Assembly: GCA_963781585.1 (NCBI GenBank)
Contig: CAWAGQ010000004.1
Location: forward strand, 96,001 to 160,000
Direction of reading: 5' to 3'
Source of the DNA: an uncultured Gemmatimonadaceae bacterium
GTDB lineage: Bacteria; Gemmatimonadota; Gemmatimonadetes; Gemmatimonadales; Gemmatimonadaceae
DNA length: 64,000 nucleotides
Made by a program: the position numbers and the translations under genes. The first letter of the stretch is position 1; each line of letters starts with the position of its first letter. Of the stretch, positions 30,225 to 40,532 are shown one piece after another. The notes beneath the pieces were generated by a model. The model saw only the letters and a program-made list of their open reading frames with translations, had not been told where the DNA came from and searched no databases.

Positions 30225-31226
30225 TCAGCCCCGGGCGTCCACGTCGATCACCACTTTCCCGAACGTCGCATTCGACTCCATTCGCCGGTGCGCGTCGCCG
30301 ATCCGGCTCAGCGGAAAGATGGAGTCCACCACGGGACGCAACTCGCCCGACGCCAGACGGGGCACGACCTCGCGACTGAACGCCTCCGCCACCGCGATCT
30401 TCTCTTCCAGGGCGCGCGCACGCAGCACCGTGCCGCGCAGCGTCAGCCGCTTCCCCAGAACGCGGCGCACATCGATGGTCGACTGGGCGCCGGCCACCGC
30501 ACCCACCATCATCAGGCGTCCCTTCACGGCCAGCGCTTCGACGCAGGCAGGAAAGTACGGTCCGCCCAGCAGGTCGAGTACGACATCCACGCCGCGCTGG
30601 GCAGTCCAGCCGGCGACTGCGGCCGTGAGGGCCTGGGGATTGCTCCCGTCCACCACCGCCCCGTCGGCCAGACCAAGGTCGCGGGCCCGTTCGATCTTGT
30701 CCGGCGTGCGGGATGTCCCGTAGGGCACCGCCTCCCAGGCGCGGGCCACCTGCACCGCCGCCAGCCCTACTCCGCTCCCGGTGGCGAGCACGAGCACGGT
30801 CTCTCCGGCCTGGAGCCCTGCCTGGCTGACCAGGGCATCGTGCGCGGTGATGAAGGCTTCCGGCACCGCGGCGGCGCCGATCCAGTCGAGCCGTTCCGGG
30901 ATGGCGGCCAGGGTCGCTTCGTGCGCCACGAGGAACTCGGCGTGGCCGCCGCCGCCGATGATGCCGAATACGCGCGCTCCAACCTGCCACCGCGTGGCGC
31001 CGGGTCCGGTCGCGTCCACGACGCCGGCGAACTCGATGCCGGGAATCGACCGCGGAGCGTCGTTAGGCGGCGAGTACCGGCCCGTCCGTTGCAGTACATC
31101 GGCCCGATTGAGTGCCGACGCGTGCACGCGTACCAGCACCTGGCGCGGACCCGGGACCGGTTGCTCCGCCTCGCGAACCTCGAGATGCTCGGGGCCGCCC
31201 GGCTGGGTGATCACGACGGCTCTCAC
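30225..31226 (-). CDS. NAD(P)H:quinone oxidoreductase (PIG3/zeta-crystallin, MDR family)
   Basis: ASALNRADVLQRTGRY, PGIEFAG, AAVPEAFITA, GSGVGLAA, GKVVI. GTG start with GGAG RBS. Confidence 0.9.
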   Translation of the reverse strand: MRAVVITQPGGPEHLEVREAEQPVPGPRQVLVRVHASALNRADVLQRTGRYSPPNDAPRSIPGIEFAGVVDATGPGATRWQVGARVFGIIGGGGHAEFLVAHEATLAAIPERLDWIGAAAVPEAFITAHDALVSQAGLQAGETVLVLATGSGVGLAAVQVARAWEAVPYGTSRTPDKIERARDLGLADGAVVDGSNPQALTAAVAGWTAQRGVDVVLDLLGGPYFPACVEALAVKGRLMMVGAVAGAQSTIDVRRVLGKRLTLRGTVLRARALEEKIAVAEAFSREVVPRLASGELRPVVDSIFPLSRIGDAHRRMESNATFGKVVIDVDARG

Positions 31227-31380
31227 GGTGACTCCGGTACGGGGTGACCGGGCTCCTCCTGCACGTCCCCTCCCGTGCCGCGATCGCTGCCGGCCGGGCG
31301 TGCGCGAAACCCGCTGCTCCACATATCGTAGTGGGAGGCGAAGCACCTCGCATTTCCTGTGCGCAACGAGGACACCGATC

Positions 31381-31665
31381 ATGCTGCAGACACTGCTCTG
31401 GCTCGCGGCCTCCACCGCCGTCGCCTACTGGGGATATTCACGCGCGCGGCGGTTCGTCGCCCAACGCCTTCGCTACGTGGACGTCGTGAATCACCCGGCC
31501 GCTCCGGTCGTCGCTGCGGTCGCGGCCGCGGCGCTCGCCACGCCAATCGTCGCATTCCTTCCGATTGTGGGCGGCGTGACCGCCGTCGCATTCGGCGTTT
31601 CGGTCGGCATGGGCGTGGCCGCCGGCCGCTCAGAGATCCGGCGCAGCCTGCCTCCCGCCTCCTGA
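31381..31665 (+). CDS. Small hypothetical membrane protein
   Basis: 94 aa, three hydrophobic segments, GAGGA RBS upstream. Confidence 0.7.
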   Translation: MLQTLLWLAASTAVAYWGYSRARRFVAQRLRYVDVVNHPAAPVVAAVAAAALATPIVAFLPIVGGVTAVAFGVSVGMGVAAGRSEIRRSLPPAS

Positions 31666-31919
31666 CTCGGCCGGAGGTCGACAACCTCCGCGGCATCGCC
31701 TCCGCCGGATCGCGTCGCACGGAGTCCGGCGAGCCGGGAAACCCGGAAGCGAGAATCGGGCCGGACGACGACCTACAATCCGTCGGCCGGCCCGATTCTG
31801 TTGAGCGCCACCTGTTGCTCGCCTTCCGTCGATCGGCGCTAACGGCGGCGCCCGACCAACGGCCGACTGCGGCGAAACGCGCCGTGTCAGGTTCCGGCTG
31901 CCGGCGCGAAACGCGCCTG

Positions 31920-32282
31920 CTACTCGGTTGCCGGGTTGATCCCTCCGTCGGTCTTCCGATCGCGCGTCAGCCAGCGCACCAACCACACGATCAGCATGAT
32001 GGGAATCGCGATCTTGAGCGCGGCCACGCCCAGGGAAAGCAGCGCGAAGAACCCGGCGATCAGCAGACCGCCCACCAGGAAGACCAGCAGGAACGGAAGG
32101 CCGACCAGCGCGAGCACGATGAAGATCGGCAGGGCGAGAATCAGCAGGAGCAGGAGCATCGGAAGACCAATGGCTTTGAGGATGAACGCGATCGGAACGA
32201 GCCAGGCGAGCGACCCGAGCGTGCGGAGCAGCACCTTGAACAGCGCGAGCTTCGCAATGAGGGACTTCAGGATGGTCCACAT
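31920..32282 (-). CDS. Small, very hydrophobic hypothetical membrane protein
   Basis: MWTILKSLIAKL...; GGAGGA RBS upstream of ATG 32282. Confidence 0.7.
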   Translation of the reverse strand: MWTILKSLIAKLALFKVLLRTLGSLAWLVPIAFILKAIGLPMLLLLLILALPIFIVLALVGLPFLLVFLVGGLLIAGFFALLSLGVAALKIAIPIMLIVWLVRWLTRDRKTDGGINPATE

Positions 32283-32509
32283 GCCGGGTTCCTCCGGTTG
32301 GTGCAGTCTGGAACCAATACGCGCGGGCGCCGGCGCGGGTTTCGTCGCCGGCATGGCTCGTGCAACGCAACGAGTGGTGCGGCGTCGCGTTCCGCCGCCC
32401 GTCTGGCCTCGCCCGGGTGAGCCGTCGGTCGCCGCGACATTCCGGCGCTGACACGCGCCTGAGGAGACGTGTTTAGCTTTCGGGCTGCTCCACTCGGTAT
32501 GATTGAGCC

Positions 32510-34468
32510 ATGGCACCTGCCGGAATCAAAGTAGGCCCGTCAGACCGGTTTCGCGCCGAGGCGCGCGGCACCAGTCGGGGCGCGCGCGCCACCACGATCC
32601 AGCCGCTCACCCCCGAGGACGAGAAAAAGAAGATTCGCCGGGAGCGAATGGCCCGGGCCTGGGCCGAATCGCGCGACCTGATCTGGCGTCACCGCCGCTC
32701 ACTCTCGATCGGCCTGGGGCTGATGTTGATCAGCCGTCTGGCGGGGCTGGTCCTCCCGGCCAGCTCGAAGTTTCTGATCGACAATGTGTTCACGAAGCAT
32801 CAGGTGGAGCTGCTCGTCCCGATCGCAATGGCGTCGGGACTGGCGACCCTGATTCAGGCGGCGACGTCGTTCGCCCTGGCCAAGGTGGTGAGCATCACCG
32901 CCCAGCGGGCCATCACGGACATGCGCATCGACGTACAGCGGCACGTGATGCGACTTCCCGTGTCGTTCTTCGACTCGACCAAGACCGGTGTCCTGATCTC
33001 GCGGGTGATGAGCGACGCCGAAGGGATCCGGAATCTCGTCGGCACCGGCATCGTGCAGCTGGTGGGAGGCTTCGTCACGGCGGGTCTGGCGCTGGCCGTC
33101 CTGTTCTATCTCAACTGGCACCTCACGACGATCACGATCGTGATGCTGGCGGCGTTCGGCGGAATGATGTCGGTGGCCTTCAAGCGGCTGCGGCCGATGT
33201 TCCACGAACGGAGCGTGATCAACGCCGAGGTCACGGGACGCCTGGGCGAATCAATCGGCGGCGTGCGGATCGTGAAGGTCTATACTGCCGAAGAGCGGGA
33301 GCAGAAGATCTTCACCGTCGGCGTGGAACGGTTGTTCGACAACGTGCGCCGGACGATCACCGGCACGTCGGCGGTAGGCGCCGGCACGACGGTCATCACC
33401 GGCGCGATCGGCGTACTGCTCACGATCGTGGGCGGGCGGTCGATCCTCGCCGGCCAGATGACGCTGGGATCGTTCGTGATGTACGTGTTCTTCATCGGCA
33501 TGGTCGCCGCGCCGCTGGTGGGCATCGCGTCCATCGGCACGCAGATCACCGAGGCGTTCGCCGGACTCGATCGCATCCGGGAACTGCGGGAGATGCACCG
33601 CGAGGACGCGGATGACGCGACCCGCGGTGCCGTCCCCGAGGTGGACGGCGACGTGGCCTTCGAACACGTGAGTTTCGAGTACGTGACGGATGTCCCCGTA
33701 CTGCGCGATGTCTCGTTTCGCGCGCCTGCCGGGTCCACCACCGCCCTCGTGGGGTCGAGCGGGGCGGGGAAGAGCACTCTCATCGGACTGGTGATGGCGT
33801 TCAGCCGCCCGCAATTGGGGCGCGTGCTGGTGGACGGGCGCGACCTGGCGGAGTTGCGGTTGCGAGAATACCGCCAGCACCTGGGCGTCGTCATGCAGGA
33901 CAATTTCCTGTTCGACGGCACGGTGCGGGAAAACATCGCCTACGCGCGTCCCGACGCCACCGACGATGACATCCGCCGCGTCGCGCGGATCGCCCACGTG
34001 GACGAGTTCGTGGAAAAGTGGGAGAAGCAGTACGACACGGTGGTGGGTGAACGCGGCGTGAAGCTGTCCGGCGGCCAGCGGCAGCGGGTAGCGATCGCGC
34101 GCGCGATTCTGGCCGATCCCCGCATCCTCATACTCGACGAAGCCACGTCGAGCCTGGACAGCGAGAGCGAGGCGCTGATTCGCGATGGCCTCCGCTCGCT
34201 ACGCCGCGGCCGGACCACGTTCGTCATCGCGCACCGCCTCTCCACCATCGAGAGTTCCGATCAGATCCTCGTGATGGAAGAAGGGCGGATCGTGGAGCGC
34301 GGGACCCATGCCGAATTGATGGACCTGGGAGGGCGGTACCGGGAACTGCACGACCGTCAGTACGGGATCGAGAGCGACATCTTCGTGAATCCGGGCGAGG
34401 ACTTCACCCCGGAACCGGAATCGACACACCCGACTGCGCCGACCACGCCTCCCAGCAGGTCGTTGTAG
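32510..34468 (+). CDS. ABC exporter, fused TMD-NBD (MsbA/Sav1866-like)
   Basis: 6-TM domain, [34 protein letters not shown]. Confidence 0.93.
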   Translation: MAPAGIKVGPSDRFRAEARGTSRGARATTIQPLTPEDEKKKIRRERMARAWAESRDLIWRHRRSLSIGLGLMLISRLAGLVLPASSKFLIDNVFTKHQVELLVPIAMASGLATLIQAATSFALAKVVSITAQRAITDMRIDVQRHVMRLPVSFFDSTKTGVLISRVMSDAEGIRNLVGTGIVQLVGGFVTAGLALAVLFYLNWHLTTITIVMLAAFGGMMSVAFKRLRPMFHERSVINAEVTGRLGESIGGVRIVKVYTAEEREQKIFTVGVERLFDNVRRTITGTSAVGAGTTVITGAIGVLLTIVGGRSILAGQMTLGSFVMYVFFIGMVAAPLVGIASIGTQITEAFAGLDRIRELREMHREDADDATRGAVPEVDGDVAFEHVSFEYVTDVPVLRDVSFRAPAGSTTALVGSSGAGKSTLIGLVMAFSRPQLGRVLVDGRDLAELRLREYRQHLGVVMQDNFLFDGTVRENIAYARPDATDDDIRRVARIAHVDEFVEKWEKQYDTVVGERGVKLSGGQRQRVAIARAILADPRILILDEATSSLDSESEALIRDGLRSLRRGRTTFVIAHRLSTIESSDQILVMEEGRIVERGTHAELMDLGGRYRELHDRQYGIESDIFVNPGEDFTPEPESTHPTAPTTPPSRSL

Positions 34469-34723
34469 CGCCTCGCCTGCGCGGCGATTCGCCGGCGACG
34501 GTTCGGAATCGAACCGAATGTCGCTTGCCAATCGATCGAATTGGTGCCACAATCGCGGGTTGGCTGACTCAGCAGGCGCGTCCGCCGTCCCGGCTTGTGA
34601 AGTTGGGCGCCGCCGACGCACCCGTTGGCCTCCTTCGACCTGCCGGCCCGGTTCTCGATCGATCCACTACGGATGCCCTCCATGTGGTTGCATCACCGCG
34701 CGCGATTTCTCCCGAATGCCGGT

Positions 34724-36193
34724 GTGAGCGACGGCGGGCACGGCCTGACGATCATCGCACGGCGCGCGACCCTGGTATCGGTTCTGGCGTGGTCCGGTTC
34801 GTTCGGCGGCGCCGGCGGTTCCGTCGGCTCGCACGCCACGATTATCCCGACCCGCCCGGCCGCGGCGCCTCTGGCCAATCCGCCGGTTCTCCAGAACCTC
34901 TCGCACGTTCCCGGCACGGTCGAGGTCACGCTGACCGCGGCTCCGGCGCGAATGACCCTGCGTCCAGGCGTAGCCACCGAGGTGTACGCGTACAACGGGC
35001 GCATTCCGGGGCCCACGCTCGAGGTGCACGAGGGCGATCACGTCGTCGTCCACTTCCATAACGAGCTTCCCGAGACCACAACTGTCCACTGGCATGGTGT
35101 CCATCTCCCGGCCGATCAGGATGGGAGTCCGTTTAATCCCGTGGCACCGGGCAAACAGCGCGACTACGTGTTCACAGTCAGCCCCGGAAGCGCCGGTACC
35201 TACTGGTACCATCCACATCCCGACGCTCACACCACCGCCCAGGTCGCGAAGGGACTCGTCGGCGCGCTGATCATCCGGGCGCCTGACGACCCGCTGCCGG
35301 CGTCGCTCACGGAAAAGATCCTCATCCTGACGGACAACCGATTTCGCCCCGACGGCCAGGTTGACCTTCCGGACCCCAGATCGCTGCAGGGTCAGATCGA
35401 TGACGAGAACGGGCGCGAAGGCAACGTCCTGTTCGTGAACGGTCAGGTGATGCCGACCCTCGTCATCCGGAGCGGAGAAACACAACGGTGGCGCATCATC
35501 AACGCTTCGGCCGCGCGGGTCTACCGATTGGCGATTCCCGGGCAGACGTTTCTGCAGGTCGGCAGCGACGGCGGGCTGTTCGAGCGGCCGGTAGACGTCA
35601 GGGAGATTCTGCTGGCCAATGCCGAGCGGGTCGAGGTGCTGGTGCGTGGCACCGGAAGGCCAGGGACCCGGACCAGGCTGCAGGACCTCCCTTATGATCG
35701 GTACGTCCCGCAGACGCGCCCGAAGGACTGGACGGTGACGCGCGATCTGTTGACGCTGCGGTACACGAATGCCACGCCGCTACAACCCGTTGCGATTCCG
35801 TCCACGCTGCGCCGCGTGCCCCCGCTCGACACGTTGAAGGCATCCACGACCCGGATCATCTCCATGACCCAGGGGCTGATCAATGGCAAGAAGATGGACA
35901 TGAACCGGGTCGATGTGCGCTCGCGCCTGGGCGTGACCGAGATCTGGCAGGTGGAGAACCTGGTGGGCATGGACCACCCGTTCCACCTGCATGGATTCCA
36001 GTTCCAGGTGATCAGCCGCAACGGGGTTCCCGAACCGTTCCGGAGCTGGAAGGACCTGGTGAACGTGCCCAAGCACGAGACCGTGCGGCTGATCGTGCGC
36101 TACACCGACTATGCCGGAAAATGGATGTTTCACTGCCACATCCTGAACCACGAGGACATGGGGATGATGGGCATTCTCGAACTCAAACCGTAA
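34724..36193 (+). CDS. Multicopper oxidase (CueO/laccase-like)
   Basis: All Cu motifs present: HWHG, WYHPH, HPFHLHG, HCHILNHEDMGM. Possible Tat signal ARRATL. Start uncertain. Confidence 0.9.
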   Translation: MSDGGHGLTIIARRATLVSVLAWSGSFGGAGGSVGSHATIIPTRPAAAPLANPPVLQNLSHVPGTVEVTLTAAPARMTLRPGVATEVYAYNGRIPGPTLEVHEGDHVVVHFHNELPETTTVHWHGVHLPADQDGSPFNPVAPGKQRDYVFTVSPGSAGTYWYHPHPDAHTTAQVAKGLVGALIIRAPDDPLPASLTEKILILTDNRFRPDGQVDLPDPRSLQGQIDDENGREGNVLFVNGQVMPTLVIRSGETQRWRIINASAARVYRLAIPGQTFLQVGSDGGLFERPVDVREILLANAERVEVLVRGTGRPGTRTRLQDLPYDRYVPQTRPKDWTVTRDLLTLRYTNATPLQPVAIPSTLRRVPPLDTLKASTTRIISMTQGLINGKKMDMNRVDVRSRLGVTEIWQVENLVGMDHPFHLHGFQFQVISRNGVPEPFRSWKDLVNVPKHETVRLIVRYTDYAGKWMFHCHILNHEDMGMMGILELKP

Positions 36194-36207
36194 GAGGGGG
36201 TGCTGCG

Positions 36208-36861
36208 ATGCCGATGCCTGACAAGTCACTGCGGTTTCTGGGCGTACTCCTGGCGGGTGGCGTCATTGCCGCCTGCGCTCCATCGGGCGGCGGGGGAGCA
36301 GCGCCGGGCGGCGCGATGGCCGCCGGGACGGCGCAGGACACGATTCTCCGCGGGCGGCTGCTGGTTATCAGCCACGCGTGTGGCGACTGCCACGGCGGCT
36401 TCGACAATCCGGCGGCCCCGGGATGGCTCGACGGTCTGCGCGACACCCTCACCCAGCAGTTCAAGGTCGGGCCGTTCACAACCCGTGCGCGCAACCTGAC
36501 CCCCGATCCCACAACCGGCACCGGGCGGTACAGCGAACGCCAGATCTTCAACGCGCTGCGGTACGGGTTGCGGCCCAGTGAAACGCCGGACGTAGACATC
36601 ACCTCGGCGACACCCGGGCAGGGGAACTTCCCCGCCGCGCCGCACTATCTCGCGCCCCCCATGCCCTGGCCGGCCTGGCGCCACATGCCCGACGCGGACC
36701 TGTGGGCGATTGCGGCGTACATCAAGCGCGGGCTCAATCCGGTGAGTCACAAGGTGGAGGACAGCGAAGGGCCGCCGGACTTCTGGGCCGACACGTACCG
36801 GCAGATGATCGGCAGCAATCCACCGGCGGCGTTCCCGACCGCTAACGAGAAGATGCCGTAG
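36208..36861 (+). CDS. Monoheme cytochrome c lipoprotein
   Basis: Lipobox VIAAC, CGDCH, ARNLTPDPTTG, MPW (probable axial Met). Confidence 0.82.
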   Translation: MPMPDKSLRFLGVLLAGGVIAACAPSGGGGAAPGGAMAAGTAQDTILRGRLLVISHACGDCHGGFDNPAAPGWLDGLRDTLTQQFKVGPFTTRARNLTPDPTTGTGRYSERQIFNALRYGLRPSETPDVDITSATPGQGNFPAAPHYLAPPMPWPAWRHMPDADLWAIAAYIKRGLNPVSHKVEDSEGPPDFWADTYRQMIGSNPPAAFPTANEKMP

Positions 36862-36948
36862 GTGCCGGACCACGCCGAGCGCGTTCGCATGATCCGTCCG
36901 GCGCTCGCATGATGGCGCTCGCGCCCCGTCGCGGCGCGAGCGTTCCTC

Positions 36949-38523
36949 ATGCTTGCGGCCGTGCGGTCTGCCGCCCTCCTCGGCATCGAGGCGTACCACG
37001 TCCTGGTGGAGGTCGACGTCGCGCCCGGCCTGCCGCACTGGACCATCGTGGGGCTCGCCGCCGGCGCGGTGAAGGAGAGCCGCGAGCGGGTGAGTGCCGC
37101 GGTACTGAATTCGGGGTTTCAGCTGCCGCCGCGCCGGGTCACGGTGAACCTCGCCCCGGCCGACGTCCGCAAGGATGGCACGGCCTTCGACCTCCCGATC
37201 GCGTTAGGCTTCCTGATCGGTACGGGACAGCTGCGGGCTGAGCTGCTCGGCAGGATGCTCGCGCTCGGGGAACTGGGTCTGGACGGCGCGCTGCGGCCAG
37301 TACGCGGCGTGCTGCCCGTAGCCCGGCTGCTCGCTCGTGAAAGCGGCGGTACACACAAGGTTGTGGGCTGTACGGCGGATCCCGAGGGAGCGGCGCTGCT
37401 CATTCCACCGCTCAACGTGCCGGAAGCTGCCCTGGTGTCGTCGCTGCGTCTCGGTGCCCCCGCGACGCTGGGCGAGCTTGTGCACGGCCTCCGGAACGGC
37501 GGCATCTCGGCGCCGATGGTACCCGAGCCGGTTCGCCCGTCATTGGCCGACACGCTCGACGTGGCTGACGTCGTTGACCAGGAGGTCGCCAAACGGGCGC
37601 TGGAAATCGCCGCGGCCGGCGGTCACGCGCTCCTCATGATCGGTCCGCCCGGCGCGGGGAAGACGATGCTGGCGCGCCGGCTTCCCACGATCCTCCCGTC
37701 GTTGTCCGAGGAAGAAGCGCTCGAAGTGATCGCCATCCACTCCGTAGCAGGACTCATCCCGCCCGGTGAGCTGCCAGTCGGTCAGCGTCCGTTTCGCGCT
37801 CCGCACCACTCCCTGTCGAGCGCGGCGCTGATCGGTGGCGGGAGCTCCCCGCGGCCGGGAGAAGTGAGTCTGGCGCACCACGGCGTGCTCTTTCTGGATG
37901 AAATGCAGGAAATGCCACGTGCGGTGCTGGACGCACTCCGGCAACCGCTCGAAGAGGGACGCGTGGTGATTTCGAGAGCGCTGTCTTCGGTCGCCTATCC
38001 GGCGCGATTCACCCTGCTTGGGGCGATGAACCCCTGTCCGTGTGGTCGCAGTGGTGAGCCCGGCGCGAGCTGCTCGTGCTCCGCCAGCGACATCCAGCGC
38101 CACCGGGCCCGCATTTCCGGCCCGCTGGCCGATCGCATCGACATGACGGTCTACGTCCCGGCGGTAGCCGTACGCGCATTGGCGGACACGCGTCCCGCCG
38201 AACGCTCGGCGGTGATTCGCGACCGCGTGGAGATGGCGCGCGCGCGCCAGCTCGTGCGCTACGCCCGATTCGCCGCGGTGCGATGCAACGCGCATGTCCA
38301 CGGGCGCTGGCTCGACGTACATGGGAAGATCGACGCCGACGCCCGCGAACTGCTGGCCACTGCCGCCGAACGGCTGCGGCTTACCGCGCGCGGCTATCAT
38401 CGGGTGCTCAAGGTGGCGCAAACGATCTGTGACCTGGACGGCGACGCGGGGATCGCGAAACGGCAGGTAGCCGAGGCGCTGCACTTCCGGACCGCAGAAA
38501 CCTTCCGCCCTGAATCCGGGTGA
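36949..38523 (+). CDS. comM: YifB/ComM Mg-chelatase-like AAA+ ATPase
   Basis: VKESRERV, VNLAPAD, GPPGAGKT, RAPHH, PGEVSLAHHGVLFLDE, AMNPCPCG, SGPLADRID. Confidence 0.92.
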   Translation: MLAAVRSAALLGIEAYHVLVEVDVAPGLPHWTIVGLAAGAVKESRERVSAAVLNSGFQLPPRRVTVNLAPADVRKDGTAFDLPIALGFLIGTGQLRAELLGRMLALGELGLDGALRPVRGVLPVARLLARESGGTHKVVGCTADPEGAALLIPPLNVPEAALVSSLRLGAPATLGELVHGLRNGGISAPMVPEPVRPSLADTLDVADVVDQEVAKRALEIAAAGGHALLMIGPPGAGKTMLARRLPTILPSLSEEEALEVIAIHSVAGLIPPGELPVGQRPFRAPHHSLSSAALIGGGSSPRPGEVSLAHHGVLFLDEMQEMPRAVLDALRQPLEEGRVVISRALSSVAYPARFTLLGAMNPCPCGRSGEPGASCSCSASDIQRHRARISGPLADRIDMTVYVPAVAVRALADTRPAERSAVIRDRVEMARARQLVRYARFAAVRCNAHVHGRWLDVHGKIDADARELLATAAERLRLTARGYHRVLKVAQTICDLDGDAGIAKRQVAEALHFRTAETFRPESG

Positions 38524-38626
38524 TGGTTACCTCGTGCCAGATCACGCCATGCCGCTCCTCCGGCACCCAGCGCACATGTTCGGGTCGCGGCTGCCTCGGG
38601 GTCGCGCGCCGTCGTAGTTTTCGTCC

Positions 38627-39916
38627 GTGACCGCCGCCCTGGAACGCCACTTCGATTCCGACCCGCGCACTGCCGACGAACATGGGCTCCTCGCCTGGTT
38701 CCGGAACGCCGGTTCGGTGCTCATCGGTTTCAGCGGGGGCGTGGACTCTGCGTATCTCGCCTGCGTCGCTGTCGAGGCGCTCGGCCCGGAACACGTCCTG
38801 GCGGTCATCGGTCGGAGTACGTCGTATCCAGAAGAGCAGTGGAGCCGGGCCCTCGGCGTGGCGCGCCATGTCGGTATCCCCGTGCTCGAAGTGGATACCG
38901 ATGAGATCAGCGACCCTCGTTACGCTGCGAATTCCCCGAATCGATGCTACTTCTGCAAGACCGAGCTCTGGTCGCGGCTCGTGCCGATCGCCCGTGCACG
39001 TGGACTCGCCGTGGTGGTGGACGGGACCAACGCCGATGATGTGGCGGACTACCGCCCCGGACGGCAGGCCGCGGAAGAACGAGGCATCCGGTCGCCTCTC
39101 GCGGAGCTGGGGTTTGGCAAGGAGGAGATCAGACGCCTGTCCGCGGCCCGAGGGCTCCCCACGTGGTCCGCGCCCTCGTCGCCGTGTCTCTCGTCGCGGC
39201 TTCCCTACGGACTGGCAGTGACGCCCGAGAGATTGCGTCAGGTGGAGCGCGCCGAGGCGGCGCTGCGGACGCTGGGCGTGACGGGAAACCTGCGCGTCCG
39301 GCACCATGGCGATCTCGCCCGCGTGGAGCTCGACGACGCCGAACTTTCCGGCCGGTTGTCCCGCGAAGGACTGCAGACGCTGCGCGAGGCTGTCGCCGGC
39401 GCGGGATTCGCGCGCGTGACGGTGGAACTGGGTGGATTCCGGAGCGGATCACTCAACCTGCTCGAGGGGATTCACGCGTCGCCGGCGAGTGCCGCGCCCA
39501 CCGATCCTGCGGGAATCGACGACCGCTCCGCGAGTGTCCGGCGACACGTTACTTCGTCTCTCGGCAGTCCCTCTTCAGGTCCCGAACATCCCGGAGCGCA
39601 GCCTCCGCACGATGCCGGGCCGTTCGAGGCCTCGCCGTCGAGCGGCAGCGCGAGCAGGTTGGCGAGTGCGCTGCATCTGCGCGGCTACACCTGCACGGTG
39701 GAAGGTCGCGACCGCCTGGCCGTGGTGACATCGGGGCCCGCTTCGCTCGAAGGCGACCTCGCGGGATTTCGGAACTCGGCAATTGGGCTCGCCCGCGAAT
39801 TTCGCTTCACCCATATCGCGCTCGAGATCCCCGATCGCGGCGCGATTCGGGCCGCAGCAGAAGAGTCACGAGAATCCGGGCAGAACTCCGCCGGTGCGGC
39901 TGTTCCTGGCGATTAA
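38627..39916 (+). CDS. larE: LarE-family ATP-dependent sulfur transferase with a C-terminal extension
   Basis: PP-loop FSGGVDS, RCYFCK, DGTNADD..DYRPG, SPCLSSR, RVRHH, GFRSGSLN, then about 150 extra aa. Confidence 0.88.
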   Translation: MTAALERHFDSDPRTADEHGLLAWFRNAGSVLIGFSGGVDSAYLACVAVEALGPEHVLAVIGRSTSYPEEQWSRALGVARHVGIPVLEVDTDEISDPRYAANSPNRCYFCKTELWSRLVPIARARGLAVVVDGTNADDVADYRPGRQAAEERGIRSPLAELGFGKEEIRRLSAARGLPTWSAPSSPCLSSRLPYGLAVTPERLRQVERAEAALRTLGVTGNLRVRHHGDLARVELDDAELSGRLSREGLQTLREAVAGAGFARVTVELGGFRSGSLNLLEGIHASPASAAPTDPAGIDDRSASVRRHVTSSLGSPSSGPEHPGAQPPHDAGPFEASPSSGSASRLASALHLRGYTCTVEGRDRLAVVTSGPASLEGDLAGFRNSAIGLAREFRFTHIALEIPDRGAIRAAAEESRESGQNSAGAAVPGD

Positions 39917-40460
39917 CCTTCCCCCAGCGCTGCGCTCGCGCATCCACCGTGGGTGCGAACCGCTCAGGCTGGCGGCCCCGCAGGTATCCTGGATCCGTTC
40001 CGAACTCCTGCATTTCACGGTCAAGTTCCTCGGCGACGTGGCGGATCATCGGCTCGCCGAGCTGCGCCGAGGTCTTGCGGCCGCGGCGTCGGAGCACCGG
40101 CCCTTCAGACTGCTCCTGGCAGACGCGGGCGCCTTCCCGAACTTTCGTCGTCCGCGGGTGGTATGGATCGGCGTGAGAGATCAGAGGCCTGTGAACGCCC
40201 TCGCCGAAGATGTCGAGCAGGCATGCGACCTGCTCGGCTTTGCGCGCGATGCTCGATCGTTCAGCGCTCACCTTACGCTGGGCCGTGTGAAGCGTGAGCT
40301 GCCGCCGGGCGTGGCCGGCACACTGGCACAAGCGGCCGGCGCAACGCATAACGAGTATGATGTGGATGTACATTCCCTCGACCTTATGAGGAGCGATCTG
40401 CTGCCGAACGGCCCCCGCTACACCACGTTGGCGTCGCTCCCCCTGGCTGCGCCTGCGTGA
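39894..40460 (+). CDS. thpR: RNA 2',3'-cyclic phosphodiesterase (2H family)
   Basis: RLFLAI, two 2H motifs (HFTVKFLG, HLTLGR), GAFP..PRVVW. Confidence 0.9.
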   Translation: MRLFLAINLPPALRSRIHRGCEPLRLAAPQVSWIRSELLHFTVKFLGDVADHRLAELRRGLAAAASEHRPFRLLLADAGAFPNFRRPRVVWIGVRDQRPVNALAEDVEQACDLLGFARDARSFSAHLTLGRVKRELPPGVAGTLAQAAGATHNEYDVDVHSLDLMRSDLLPNGPRYTTLASLPLAAPA

Positions 40461-40532
40461 GCCTCCAGCGACAGCGGCACCTCCGGTGCCGCTGTCGAAA
40501 CGCCAAGGCACGCTGTACCGTACTCATTCAAC

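Noticed and set aside
32354..32369. Sigma-54-like GG-N10-GC (TGGCTCGTGCAACGCA)
   Set aside because: Poor match at -12 (ACGC rather than TTGC); insufficient support.
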